Shown here piece by piece: positions 36,670-49,240 of a DNA stretch of 64,000 nucleotides; the first letter of the stretch is position 1, and each line of letters starts with the position of its first letter. The stretch spans positions 2,852,001-2,916,000 of the forward strand of contig JAQGDQ010000002.1 of NCBI GenBank assembly GCA_030141605.1, given 5' to 3'. A model generated the notes under the pieces. The model was not told the origin of the DNA. It searched no databases and saw only the letters and a program-made list of their open reading frames with translations. The DNA comes from Tubiluchus corallicola. Its lineage: Eukaryota; Animalia; Priapulida. A program made the position numbers and the translations under genes.

Positions 36670-38930
36670 GTTAGCACTGCAAGCTATCACGTTACAAAAT
36701 AAAATAACATTTAACATTAAAAGAAACAGGCTTACTCTAAATAATGTACTGTGCAGGCTGGCTCATCTTTATTGTAGCATCCTTCCTCTGCATGTCCTTT
36801 GCCGGATGTTACTCCACACCAATAACTTCCCACACTAAATGTAAACAGCCATGTTGCAGTCCTCTAAATTCATCACCAGTAACGCAAGATGGCTGTGTTC
36901 CAGGACTAACTCCCTCGTTATATTTCTTCATTAACAACGAAGATGGGTACCACTACACCATGGCCCATCCAGATCGTATCAGTTCTTCATAGGCCACACT
37001 ACCATATCATGTCCAGAACTCGGGTCATAATAACAAGTCAGCTGTTTTAGGAGAGAACTTTGCCAGCATGAGGTATAAATGAGAAGTGACACATATTTAT
37101 AACACCGGAGTATGCGCATCGAGCTTCTAATGCCACTTATTTACCAACATCTTTTGTTCAAGTTCTAATGTCTGTCAATTACTTACTCGTGACAGAGTGT
37201 GGCAAAAGAAGATAAACAAGTTAAACACGCATGCAATATCAAGAGTATAAATCATAATTACACTAATATAGTAACAGCCATTAGTACACTACATTATCAT
37301 TAATCCAAATTCACAACTCCCCCATATTATAAATGAAAACTTGCATCAAATGAAAAGTATCATAAACCAGCTACACAAGCCGACACATAAAGACTTAAGA
37401 ACATCACATCTTACCTGCTCTCAACGAAATCCATGAAAGCAAAGACATCTACATCATCAAAACGCATCAGCTACATTACATTGTATACATAATGCCAATC
37501 TCACACTATGAAATAAGTCTACTAAATCACAAAAATACAAAATCACTAATATCAATAATGTGTCTAAATCAATTTTCTATATACAACTACTGTTTACGAG
37601 ATTTTGATCTAATATAGTCTCTCTTTAGACCCTGGATAAAATATTTGTCTTTGTCTTTAATGTGCTCAATTTTCAGATCATACTCTTGGAAAGGCAAACT
37701 CCAATTTAGCAGCTTATTTTATTTTTAAGTAGCTCGTACTGTGGTTTGTACTGGTGATACTTCCCCTTGACCTACAGCAAGACTTTAGCAGACTTAAAAT
37801 GTGGCTTAGCGTTTCCAAAATTACATTTTACTAGGCTTATGATAAGGTCTTTTGAACATAAACTCCACTAAAGTCCGCAAGTGTTGCTCCCAAGTTTCTC
37901 TACAAGCAACAAGATCAGTGCAGGCAGCAACATCTTATAGTTCTAGATCATCCATGCATTGACTTATTAGTCTTACCAATGTGACAGATGCATGTTTCAT
38001 GTCATAAAGCACAACTGTATACTTATAGAAACCGTTGGGTTTAACAAAAGTAGAAATTTTCCTCACCCCTTCAATAAGTGGCATGTTCAATATCCTTGCC
38101 CCTTCTGTAAGGGGCTGCTTCAATATCTCCTTTACAAGTCACGCTGCTTTATCACGAATTTAACCTTTCCAATTTTGTCAATTCAGTCTTCAATACAGGG
38201 AATTGGGTCACATCAGTTTTAGTGACCATGTTCACCTTTTTAAAATCTAAAGGCTGAAAGACATGGCGAACTATTGTTGTCTTACATGTATTGAATTTCA
38301 GCTTTCATAAGTTTAGCCTTTGCAGGATTAATTCTGTATGAGTGCTACTTAATAGTTGTGGTATCGCCATCATCAAAATTACGATATATAGCATCAGTAC
38401 AATGGACACATTACAGAACGATTACAAATACTTTACTAAAAAGGCTTTTAAATCTTGAATATCAAAACCATCTAGGTGTAATTTTCCATCAGAATATTCC
38501 AGTATCTCAGAGTTACTTAACTTTGGAATATAATTAGGTTCACCAATAACATGATCTTGGTCTACATAATCTGCAATGATATTACAAACAGTACGGTGAC
38601 TCACAAAGCTGCATAATACAATTTCAACATATTAACATGACAAAGCTGCATTTCTTTACGTCAGTCAGGGACTTGGATGACATAATTTAAATCCCCAATT
38701 TTCTTAACCACTTCCTAATTAAGGGCCACTTAGCCTGTAGTGAGCTGCCTCATACAGGGAACAATGCCAGAGTCTTATCTCTAGTGTTTACCCATGCTTT
38801 CTTGTCAGGGCTTCATTTTCTGTTATGTCAAGTTCAAATTTTCTTTGGCTATTTGACAGGCTTTATAGCACTTCTTACTCAATAATTGGTTAAGGGAATT
38901 TCGTGTAAAACTTGGAGCATACGGGCAGAA
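36670..38930 (-). mobile_element. Decayed Gmr1-type Gypsy relic (integrase C-terminus, RT, RNase H end, possible 3' LTR)
   Basis: Minus-strand remnants in order: ACQIAKENL..QKMK and KKIGDLNYVIQVPD*RKEMQLCHVNMLKLY (integrase tail, ~38870-38610); PIPCIED..DKIGK and PLTEGAR..KISTFVKPNGFYKY (RT, ~38210-37950); NKLLNWSLPFQEYDLKIEHIK (RNase H end, ~37720-37650). LTR limits (~37104-36670) are a guess from TGTTA..TAACA ends. Confidence 0.75.
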
Positions 38931-40717
38931 CTTTTAATGTCACTGTTTACCAGCAGTTAATTGACGTCTTTTGTTTAATCTCTATTCATTAATAATTACT
39001 TGTGATTGACTGTAGCAAAAAACGTAAACAAGTTAAAAATGCAAGCAATGCCAACTAATTATTATGGATAATTATTGCTAATAAACGATAATGCCTTCTC
39101 CCTGAATGAAAAGTTCTGCTGAAAAGAAGCAAAACTTTTACAGCTACGAAAACAATGTAGTTAAATTCATTGTTGTTCTGTTCTTCATCGTTATGTTTTA
39201 TTTTGTTAACAGAATAAAAGTGGCTATTTATAATAATTATAGTTGTCTTTGTGAATTAATGTTGTTTCTGTACAATATATAATTTTTGTTATAGTTATTC
39301 AGTAATATGCGTTTCAATAAATATCACTATTTCTTTCTGTTGATTAGTATTGTTGTTATTATTATTGTTTTTTCTTTTTACAGTAACTGATGCTTAAAGA
39401 CAAGAAAACCCTTTACTTACATAAAGCTAGTAAAATTCGTCTTGAATTTTTGTATCAGCTATATACTGCCTTGTTTCGCACAGAGCTTGTAGTAGCCCTA
39501 CAGCAACACTGTACAATACTTGTAAATTTAAACTCCCGCGCTGATTGATCGTTAGGCGCAGCCATTTTAAAGTCGACTGAAACAAGTTTAAATAAAATTG
39601 CGTTAACTTAAGTTTGAAAAAAACAATTAGAATATTCGTAGCGTCCTTTTTATTGACTAAGCAAAGATGTAATTTAGAAATTTTAATATGTTTTTTTTTG
39701 GTGAGTCTTAGTGGTGCACACTGGGAAAGTGAGACATTTACCAGATGGCACGAACATTTTAAATTACTAAAAAAATTGTTCTAGTCACAAGTCTTTTAAG
39801 CAGGTAAGCGTAATGTTAAGTAATATAACTTTGTGTGGAAAGTTTTTCGGGACATAGTTTAAAATTGCCTTTCCTTACTCTTATTGCTACGAGCTATGTA
39901 CGTTATGATGTTGTGTGAAAGTGATCATTATACACAAGAGTGTTCACTAATGTACATATAGGGTTTACTTTAAAATGTCTATAATTTTAAAAAAATATTT
40001 TTTATGAAGACAAATAAATAGATAAATCTCTAGAATTTAATGCAGGGTAAATAACTAAATGTTGAAGCTTTTTCATTTGAAACATCAAATAGCTTACCAG
40101 AGCAATGTCAGACTGAAGCCCGAGTTAACGTATAAATGACTCAAGCCTTCAAGGTTAAACTGCATGTAAAAATTACAGCCTGAGCACCTAAATCCAAGCA
40201 GGTTTGCCAGGTCGTAGGAACGGGAATAAACTAGTCAAAAATGTAATATTAGTATCATGAAATGTTAATTTTACACTTAAAAATGCCAACGGGAGTTTTG
40301 CAGCTCGGGTAGACGATATAACGATCGTCTACGGATTGGAACCATCAAAGGTATTCTATTTCCGCGACCTAACTGTTGGAAAGATACAAAAGGTGGTTAA
40401 AGGCTTGCATGCGACCACATGATCAAGTAAGTGTAAAAAACACGTCGAATGTATAATATGTTCGCATGTACCAAGGCAAAAGGGACTTCAGTAAATATTT
40501 TTGTTACACATTTGTCTTATTGACTTAATTAATTCCTTTATAATAACGACCTGATTTGGTACTTAATATTATGTCTCTGTGTTTTGTAGGTCTTTAAAAC
40601 TTCGAAGCTACTTCTCCTTAATTTTGGCTACTGAAAGTTTTAATTTCGTGCAAAAATTACTGCTACTCTACAAATTTTTTTGCATGAAAAAGCACAGTCA
40701 GTTTAATTATCTGCAGG

Positions 40718-42492
40718 CAAGGACTACTATACTACAGGACGTGCACGCTGAAATCTCTGATTCGGCTAGCGGAGGCGATCAATACTTGCATGAACGTAAT
40801 CTATAAATAGTGCGCTTTAGAGAGTAGTGATCTTGGAAATTAAAGAATGTGCGGATCGGTAGATAGCGAGTATTATTTTTCATTTAATTGGTTCTTTACA
40901 TTACGGGAGAAAAGTACCAATTGTCTATTTTATGTATCAAAGGAAATTAGTGTTCATTTTTACTTCTTAAATAGCGCACTACTTTAGGCGTAAGTGTGTT
41001 TTACCGGAAGTAGTGCTTTGTCATTGTTAATGTGTCTGCTTGTGTTTGTTTCTTTGTGGATTATTTTCAAAATTTCTGGTGGATTTTATACATCTGTGCT
41101 CAGCAGCATGCCTAACAAGTGTGGTGTTGTTAAATGTAAAGGTAACTATGACACGGAGAACAAGTGTCGTGTGTTCAGACTGCCAAGAGATCATGTAGAA
41201 AAACAGAAATGGCTAAGTGTTCTTCTCCCACGCGAAGACTTTGTTGTTGATCCAACGAAATTTTTCATTTGCGAAAAGCATTGGCCATCGGATACTCATA
41301 TGGTCAAAATTCCAGGTGGTCACACCAGGCCAGTGGATCCACCCAGTATTTTCAACGTTCCAACATCATGCTTGCCCACTCCAAAGCCACCACCTCGCCC
41401 TCCAAAAACTGAGGACCAGCAGCTGAATTATTTCTTTAAAAAGGATAAAATAACTTCTCTCAATGAATTCACTCCTGAGAAAGACCTGCATAAGACGTAT
41501 CAGAACCTCATTATATCTCGCACACAAGACAAATTTGTGTGCATGTTCATGGAAGAGGACCACAGTCAATGTTATATGTCAATTATTGTTCACAATAAGC
41601 CTACCTTGTGTTCCCCTCTTACTCTGTATGCTTTGAGAAACGGGATCAGTGTGCCATTAAGTAAAATCCTTAGTCCGAACAATGGGCTGTCCTCTTACTC
41701 ACAATTTTTCGCGGTTGTGAATTCTGTTGTCAACCACATTCATCATGTTGATGATATTGTCAACAAAGTGACAAAGTCTCTTGAACTTGAACTAGCTCAA
41801 AATCGAGAACAATCTCCTAGTGTTAATGCTAAAGCCAAGAAGCTCAAATTTCTAACACGACAGCTTCGACTATTATGTGATAAGACTTTCGCAGTGTCTG
41901 ATTATTGCTTTGCAATAGAGTCATTTCCCCATTGCAATTACGAACAACTGCGTGACTTTTTAGTGTCACCCAGCAAAAGAAAGCTGCAGTCAGTTATTTC
42001 ATCGACAGATATTGACAAGGTGCTAGGTAAAACACCTTGGAGAAGGATCACCAGCAGAACTCAGCCCTTTACCAGACCTCCATTAAGAAGGCGCGACTAG
42101 CCGACTAATTGTCGCAAACATCTCTGCAAAATGGTGAGTGCAATAATTTCATGTATTCTAATTTACACAGAGGAACCTATGAATGAGTTTATATAGTCCT
42201 GACAAAATGGTGCAGTCTGTTTATTCTCTATAGAAAGTGACAGGTAATCTTCGGGACACAATGAGTTGCAGATATGGTGTGTGTTTTTTTTGGGGGGGGG
42301 ATATCATAGGTACCACTGTTTTTAAATTACTAGATGAATGAGGAATATGTTCTATGTGTATTGTGGCATGCTATAGGTCACCATGGGGGGTAAATATGTC
42401 CAAATTATTAGCACTAAATGTTAAAAATAGATCGCCTCCGCTAGCCGAATCAGAGATTTCAGCGTGCACGTCCTGTAGTATAGTAGTCCTTG
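40718..42492 (+). mobile_element. P-element superfamily DNA transposon, internally deleted (1775 bp)
   Basis: Perfect 63-bp TIRs (40718-40780 and 42430-42492) starting CAAGG; identical 8-bp TSD TCTGCAGG (40710-40717 and 42493-42500); THAP-domain ORF inside. Confidence 0.95.
41108..42100 (+). CDS. Truncated P-element transposase: THAP zinc finger, coiled coil and HTH; no catalytic domain (330 aa)
   Basis: MPNKCGVVKC...FRLP...KW...FFICEKHW..P is a C2CH THAP domain. KAKKLKFLTRQLRLL is coil-like. YEQLRDFLVSPSKRKLQ matches the P-transposase YxxLR..PSxRTL motif. The first ATG with THAP context is at 41108; the ORF track starts upstream at a GTG. Confidence 0.85.
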   Translation: MPNKCGVVKCKGNYDTENKCRVFRLPRDHVEKQKWLSVLLPREDFVVDPTKFFICEKHWPSDTHMVKIPGGHTRPVDPPSIFNVPTSCLPTPKPPPRPPKTEDQQLNYFFKKDKITSLNEFTPEKDLHKTYQNLIISRTQDKFVCMFMEEDHSQCYMSIIVHNKPTLCSPLTLYALRNGISVPLSKILSPNNGLSSYSQFFAVVNSVVNHIHHVDDIVNKVTKSLELELAQNREQSPSVNAKAKKLKFLTRQLRLLCDKTFAVSDYCFAIESFPHCNYEQLRDFLVSPSKRKLQSVISSTDIDKVLGKTPWRRITSRTQPFTRPPLRRRD

Positions 42493-42610
42493 TCTGCAGG
42501 TTAAACATTAGTTGTGATGTTATTTACTAAAGGCAGTTGTTATTCAGCGTGAGCTAAATTCCCGAATATCCCTGAGCGTGCAACGCCGAAAAGGGAGGCA
42601 GAGCGATAGA

Positions 42611-42650
42611 CCAATATGCTTGACGTCAACGGTGTCATCCGTTCACCAAT
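42611..42650. promoter_or_regulatory. CCAAT - CRE - CCAAT motif cluster
   Basis: CCAAT at 42611, TTGACGTCAA palindrome at 42620-42629, CCAAT at 42646, in a locally CpG-richer patch. Confidence 0.35.
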
Positions 42651-44329
42651 GAGGTGATGCACATAATTTTGCTGGGAAATAATGTTTGATTGAAAAATCA
42701 TCCTATTACATGTATAAGTGCTTTAAATCAAGGAAAGCGTTTGCGTGAATTGATACCGCTGCAAAAAATGGACCAATTATTTGACTACACATTATCCGCG
42801 CCAAATATTCATCTTTGGATTATATATGTGCCTCGTTGAAGTTCCCTTGTTGCGTGACATGTAGATATTTTATATCTCCAAATCCTCACATTATGAGTAT
42901 TCAGCTGTCCTGACACATGAAATTTTGTCGTTATTTTATTAAAAGCCTGTAAAGAAGGTTAACACTGTGTCTTCGAACATTAATTTTGTTCTAGCATGCT
43001 AGTTTATCTTGGTTTACCATATGACTCAGGTGTTTGAAAGTTCGTACATTCTAAGAGTAAAATCGTAACTTTTGATGTATGACTTCAAAAACCATTTAAA
43101 GTGGTTGTAGCTGTAAATAGCTTTAAATTCATTCAGCGAGTTTTCTGCAATATATTGCACTATTGTGATGTCATAATATAAAAAACACCGTCCACTGGTG
43201 ATCAATAATGTGCGAACACTTAATATAGCCTTTGCTTTCTCCTCCTGAAATGGTGGTAATAATGTGTCAACATTTTATATAATCTTCGCTCACTGATCCA
43301 AGGTGAAGTGACGATAAAGAAACTTTGTAGGTGGGTGGACATAATCTGACTCCTCTCACCATTTGCAGTTGTGTTTGCCTTGCTGATTTATTTACATTTA
43401 TTACATTCTTAGCTCATGTTAATCTATTTTTTTTACTTTTTTATTTTTTTACTTCTCTCACATTCATATTACATTTTTCATATCCTTTCATTTTTCATAC
43501 TCCTTTTCTTCTCATTCACCACCTTTCATTCTTGCACCTACGCTTTTCTTTCTATTTGCAATATTGGGCCTGACCTTTACAAGTTTTCTTTTTGGACAGC
43601 CCCAATAATCCATTATTGGGTTAATTGTAGTCAACTTTATTATTTACATGCTTGTTTCTTTTAACTTGGTATTTTATATTTTCACCATATTTATGTATTA
43701 TTTTGCCATGGCAAATGGAATAAAAATAACCCAAATAAACTAAACTGTGTTGTTAACAGATTACGTGTGCTTATAGATGCCAAGTACAATTTTCTCAAAA
43801 CTTTAGTGCACGTTGTTTGCCTCAGAATAAGTAAACGGCATTGTTTTGTGACATGAGCGACAAAATTCGCATGATGACCAACGATATGAATGGCTTTATA
43901 GAGTTATCTTAATTCACGAACAATTGAGTACTCAAAAAGTTGAAAGTCTACCCACCTGTACTACAGAATTCATGTAGATTTTACTAACCAGTTATTTTCA
44001 TAATAAATTTTTGAAACTGTAAAACTTTGTGGACACACTGTATATATAAAATAATATCAACTATCAGTATTGCCCGATTTCTTGGAGATTTCAGGAAAGC
44101 TGCAGCTAGCTTAGAAGCTCATAACTCAAACGGGTGATCGGGAAGAACACTAGAAATCAGTACAATACGGTAATCGTACAAAGTTTCAACTTTCACGGCA
44201 AGTTTTACAGAAACAAAGATGGAGGTTTGAGTTACATTCCTATTGATCAGTTTCGGTGCGAAAAAGGACGGTTCTCGATATATGCACATGTGAATTTTCG
44301 TTAGTAAGTAAAACTATTATACATATTTA

Positions 44330-47060
44330 AACACTCATGTCCCCTATTAAATCCTAACTCTCAGAGAAACACTAACTGCCTCTAAGCCTCGGGTTACTCC
44401 AGCAGTTTTACTTTTCTATTACTATTACTAGTATTAGTATTACTTATTAGTAATAGTATTAAACGAAAAAGTAAGTTATTCAAAACTCACAAGTTGTCTA
44501 ATAATCCGTGGAAAGTTAATTATTGCAAAAGATATTCAAATAAATTAAATCGAATTAAAGAAACTTCTAAAAAGCAATATCATTCTCAAATCATGCAAAC
44601 GTACAAAAATAATACGAAGATATCTGGTCTACAATTAACGATATCTGTAGTAATACTAATAACAAACATACTAGGAGTAGGACCTTTCCTAACAAAATAA
44701 TAAATAAAGGTATTGAACTTGTGGACCTACTTACCATGTGCCTTCAGCAATTTTTTGCATCTGTTGAGACAAAAATGCAGTAAAAGATCCCCCAGTATCT
44801 GCTCATTTTAGTTCATAGCTAGGCACTAAAAGTCCTAATTCTTTTTTATTGGCCCAATAACAGAGCCTGAATTAGTTTACTAATTAAAAAATTGGACGAA
44901 AGTAAGTCCTCAAAGGCATACCAATTTTTTATTATGAAATGGCCTCTGAAGTAGTGTTTACATAGGTAGCAAAAATCAAACTCTGGTACCCTCTTCCTTA
45001 TAACCATCAGGTACCTGAGTACCCAATTGCTAACATTCAGTGGCAGTGAAAAAATTGTAATAATTTATATTGACAAATAAAAACAGCCACTGGTCCATTT
45101 AACTAACTGTGCTGTTATGTTCACAACAAGCATTCATTTTTTACGCCCTGAAAGCCTTAACTCATGATCTGTGAGTTGCGAAAGTTAGTATTTTCCCACA
45201 CAAAGCATTTGACTGAGTTTATATCTGTCAGACCCTAATTACTTAATTGCGTGCTTTATCAATGTGTCAGCTACGTCACCCCTAAGTAATCCTGCACTGA
45301 GTACGATTAATACAGTGTAGGGATTAGGTGAATAAAATAATCTATATTATCCTTTTTGTGTGCTGTTAAATTTAGCAATCCATTTATTCTTATCTTTGTT
45401 AGTGGCCTGAAATAGGTTTTTAAAGGTTTATCAACAATTTCATATGGATAAGTAACCTCTTGGTAAAGAAATCATCATTTAGTTTTTGTAAGTTATCTGT
45501 ATGGCAAAAATGGCATCTGTATGGCAATGATCTGCCATCTCCCTACTGGCTCTTAGCCTCCCACACTGCCTAGGCAGGAGTTAATAGTCTTCTAGTAGAC
45601 TACCGTACTTACTGTAGAAGCACACTGCACACAGCAGGTGGCATTTAAATTTTCTCTAACAATGGATACCATATTATAAAATAATGTCTATATTTTCGTT
45701 GTTGGGTAAAAATATTGGGGTCGGGTAATAAACAACATAGGTGATTACTCGGGTACCTGGGTACCTGATGGAAATACTACTCTGAAATTCTTACAGCACT
45801 TCTTATATTTTTCTTCAATGAGTCCGTTGTTGATGGTACTTTGCCAAACATACTAAAATAGCCAAAATTATTCCTATTGATTAACCTGGATAAGTCATTT
45901 TTTATTTTATTTATTTAATCTTTAAGTAACCTCTCAAACTATAAGCCAATTTTTTTATTATCACCAATTACAAAATTTTTTTAAAAGTTTTTGTATACAC
46001 ATTTAGATAGTTTGTTAAGAAATGCTATGTGCTGACTATTAAGCAATTATCTTATTCAACTTCATTGGCAAAATATGAACTATGTGAAAGAATAAGGAAT
46101 GATCTAGACCAAAACTTACATATTTGTGGCAATTTTTTGAATCTATTGAAAACATTTGATACTACACAGCATAATATGTTGATTTATAAACTTGAATATT
46201 ATCGGATAAGAGCAACGTAAGAACACTGAATTTACTCAAGTCATATTTGGATTCCCGAAGTCACTATACTGTAATTGCAGATGTTTCATCCAATTTGGCC
46301 ACATGTGGGGTACCGCAAGGGTTGACCTTTGGGCCCTTACTATTTTTGCTATATGTCACTGACTTACTAGTATCTAATTTCAACACAATAATGTTTGCTA
46401 ATGACATAAATTTATTTGTAGCCAATAAAAGTATGAAAATTAGGAACAACCAGTAAACAAAGAAATACAAAAATGGACACATGGATGAAAGCTAATTTAT
46501 TATCAGTTAACTAAATTTATGCTCATTACCACAAAATACTCTAGATTAGACCGAACAAATATTCAATTGAAATAGGCAACAATAGCATTGAACAAACCGA
46601 TCATGCTCAATATTTAGGTATCCTTATTGACAATAAGTTATTATGGAAGTAGCGTACACTTCTCATTTCATATAAACTCAACAAAATTATGGGTATCATA
46701 AGTAAACTTTGGCATTATGTAGATACCCATACACATAAAACTGTGCTCTTGTTTATCCCCATCTGCAATACAATATTCTGGCTTGGAGAACTGCAACAAA
46801 CCAAACACTGCATCCAGTCATTACCGCAGAAAAAAAATTGTTAAGTTAATGAAATTTTTCTTGGTGCAAGCATATAATATCCTTTTACAAAAATCTACTT
46901 ATCCTCAAATTATATGACATTAAATTTTTTTACTGGAACTGGCAAAATTTGTATATAAGTTTAAATATCATTTGCTCCCCGAAATTTTCTCTTCCTGCTA
47001 TACGTATGCTGCTGATGTTCACAAGCGTAATACTCGATCTGCAAAAAGAGAAGCTTTATG
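44330..47060 (+). mobile_element. Decayed CR1/L2-group LINE, interrupted by a hAT-type MITE
   Basis: Remnants: KPRVTPAV; YSNKLNRIKETSKKQY; FNESVVDGTLPNILK; FLNLLKTFDT; TCGVPQGLTFGPLLFLLYVTDL; MFAND; YLGILIDNKL; HKRNTRS. Confidence 0.85.
44952..45779. mobile_element. hAT-type MITE nested in the LINE
   Basis: Imperfect TIRs tagtgtttacat-aggta / tagtatttccatcaggta, subterminal GGTACC-rich repeats, and an 8-bp TSD ctctgaag (44944-44951) / ctctgaaa (45780-45787). LINE-like sequence resumes on the far side. Confidence 0.75.
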
Positions 47061-47814
47061 CATCTGATACTTTTCAGGATGTAAATGTGGAATTCTGTTA
47101 CAGCAGAGCTCAATCAAGTTTTCTAAATAACTATTATTTAGACTCTTCTTTTCATAATCTCTGTACAACTATATTGTGTTATATTATCTCATCTATACCC
47201 ATTCAGCAGTCTCTGTTCATGTTTTTTAAATGTACGTCTCTTGATTTGTTATGGGAGATTTAGGGCACGGATTCTTGAATATTTTTGACTGAATGACTCC
47301 TGGATACTCGTGATATCAGTCAAGTACCACTGCAAGGTATGGCATGTATACAAAAATTATTACACAATATTCTGCTCACCATTCCTACATCATCAAATCC
47401 GCATTTTTCTTCGACTTTTTAAATTGTACTGCTTGATTATACTCTTTGCTTGCTTATTTTTGATTTTTGCTGACATAGTATTTATTTATATAAATATACC
47501 ATGTTTTATAACCATGACTACTTATTATTTATTTTGTTATTGGTTCGGTATGTATCATCATAATTTTCATTATGCTTTATTTTCCCTCTTGCTTTATATT
47601 GATTTTTTTGCATGGTTCTTTTATATTATCTCCGTAACTTTTTATAGCCAATTCTTACTAGTTTCTCCTGAAAATTCTTCCAAGCTCACTCGATTTTAAA
47701 AAATAAAAAAGATTCGACTTTTATTGCACAAGTGAACTAAAGGGTTTACAAAAATGTTGAAAAGGCGTCAATTTTGAAAAGTGCTCGAGGGAGCGGGAGC
47801 AAATGATACAATCC

Positions 47815-47818
<4 letters not shown>

Positions 47819-47852
<34 letters not shown>

Positions 47853-47896
47853 GAGGGAGGGAGGGAGAGAGAGAGGGGAAGAGGAGGGAGAGAGGA
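47819..47896. repeat. Polypurine (GA)n/(GGGA)n tract
   Basis: About 78 bp of pure purines, including GGGAGGGAGGGAGGGAGGG. Confidence 0.95.
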
Positions 47897-48394
47897 TCTT
47901 TTTCGCTGAATAACTCATTGTTTTTATAAAGCTAGTTGACAAATGATATTTTGACATGATGTAAATAACTCTGCATGTGTAACTCCAAACAACTTTTTTG
48001 GCTAAATTTAACAGATTAATTTGCAAACGGCTGGCAAAGGTAAAGTATGAAATAGAAACTTATAACCACATAGTAATGCATGCAGTGGGACCTGACAAAA
48101 AGTGCACAATATGCAATAACCAATTAAGTAGGCTGCTTCAAAGCTATAAGTATTTAAGAGCAAGTAAATGATGAAAGTTCTTTCTTTTTTTAGAGTTTTC
48201 GTTACTTCTGTGTATTGCAATAAACTATCTTCGCTGGAATTGTATTATACTGTATTAAGATTTTTCCTTCCCAGTTACATTAAGTAAGTGTAATGCCAAA
48301 TAACATTGTTTTGTATGGAATGTTTTTTGCATATGTACTTTAAGGTTCTCCTTTCTTCCCCTTTAATCCGTCTTGTTTGTACTTAAGTTACCTA

Positions 48395-48640
48395 CATTTC
48401 TCCTCCTCAGTTTTTGTAGTAAAACTCTTTAGTTCTATTCCTGCTGGTAACTTTATTTTTAGCTTTTGTTGCAGTTATGATACACAACATTTCCTCAATT
48501 TCTCTAATGAAACTTTTTAGTTCTATTCTTACTGGTAATTTTATTTTTAATGTATCTTTTTTGTTGTAATTAAGATACACACCACTACTCTTTGCATTTT
48601 AACAATGAAACGCTTTAGTTCTTTTCCTACTAGTAACTTT
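48395..48640. repeat. Degenerate tandem repeat, about 3 units of ~90 bp
   Basis: aaac(t/g)(c/t)tttagttct(a/t)ttc(c/t)t(g/a)ct(g/a)gtaa(c/t)ttt recurs at ~48422, ~48510 and ~48607. Confidence 0.75.
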
Positions 48641-49240
48641 TAAATGCATTTAACCATCAATCTTTTTTGGAAATCGGCAGACCTGTGCAGATGGTAAGTT
48701 GCCAACTAATAAAATTTTGTGACTTCTTAAACCTTAAGGTATCCCAAGTCTAACTCAAAATTATGCTAAAATTACATGAGGAAAATTCAACTATTAAATT
48801 TTATATGTTTGTATCTGGCAGTTTTGTTTTCTTAGGTATCACTACTAAAGCTGTAACTCTTCGTGAAAACAAGTGTAACTTATATACTAGAACTAATAAT
48901 AAGTCTTGAACCAAGAGAAACTGCTTTAACCACAGTTTAGCGATTGTTATGGTATATGTTACAATTTATTATCCGCAACATCCAATGCAGAAAAATCTTC
49001 CTTTAAAACAGCAACATTACAGTTTTTCAACAAACAGTGCATTATTGGGTTTCATAAGGTCATTAATTATAAACTGGTTGCCTTGTGGTATGCACTAGGT
49101 AAAATCTGCCAAATTACATAACATCACATTACCCTTACATTAAATATGACAGGCATATTTATATACGACAAACGAAGGAGGATTTTTCTGTGGTAGATGT
49201 TGCAGAAAATAGGTTTGGTTTGCTCATAAGTGAAGCAACA

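Noticed and set aside
40994-42100. Domesticated host THAP transcription factor gene
   Set aside because: The ORF lies within perfect TIRs and a TSD, so it is a recent mobile copy.
47310-47699. 129-aa hydrophobic ORF as a membrane protein (also 43331-43664)
   Set aside because: T-rich low-complexity sequence yields F/L/I/Y-rich translations; no motif or splice support.
48395-48640. CRISPR-like repeat-spacer array
   Set aside because: The units are degenerate, the intervening sequences resemble each other, there are no cas genes and the context is eukaryotic; it is an ordinary minisatellite.
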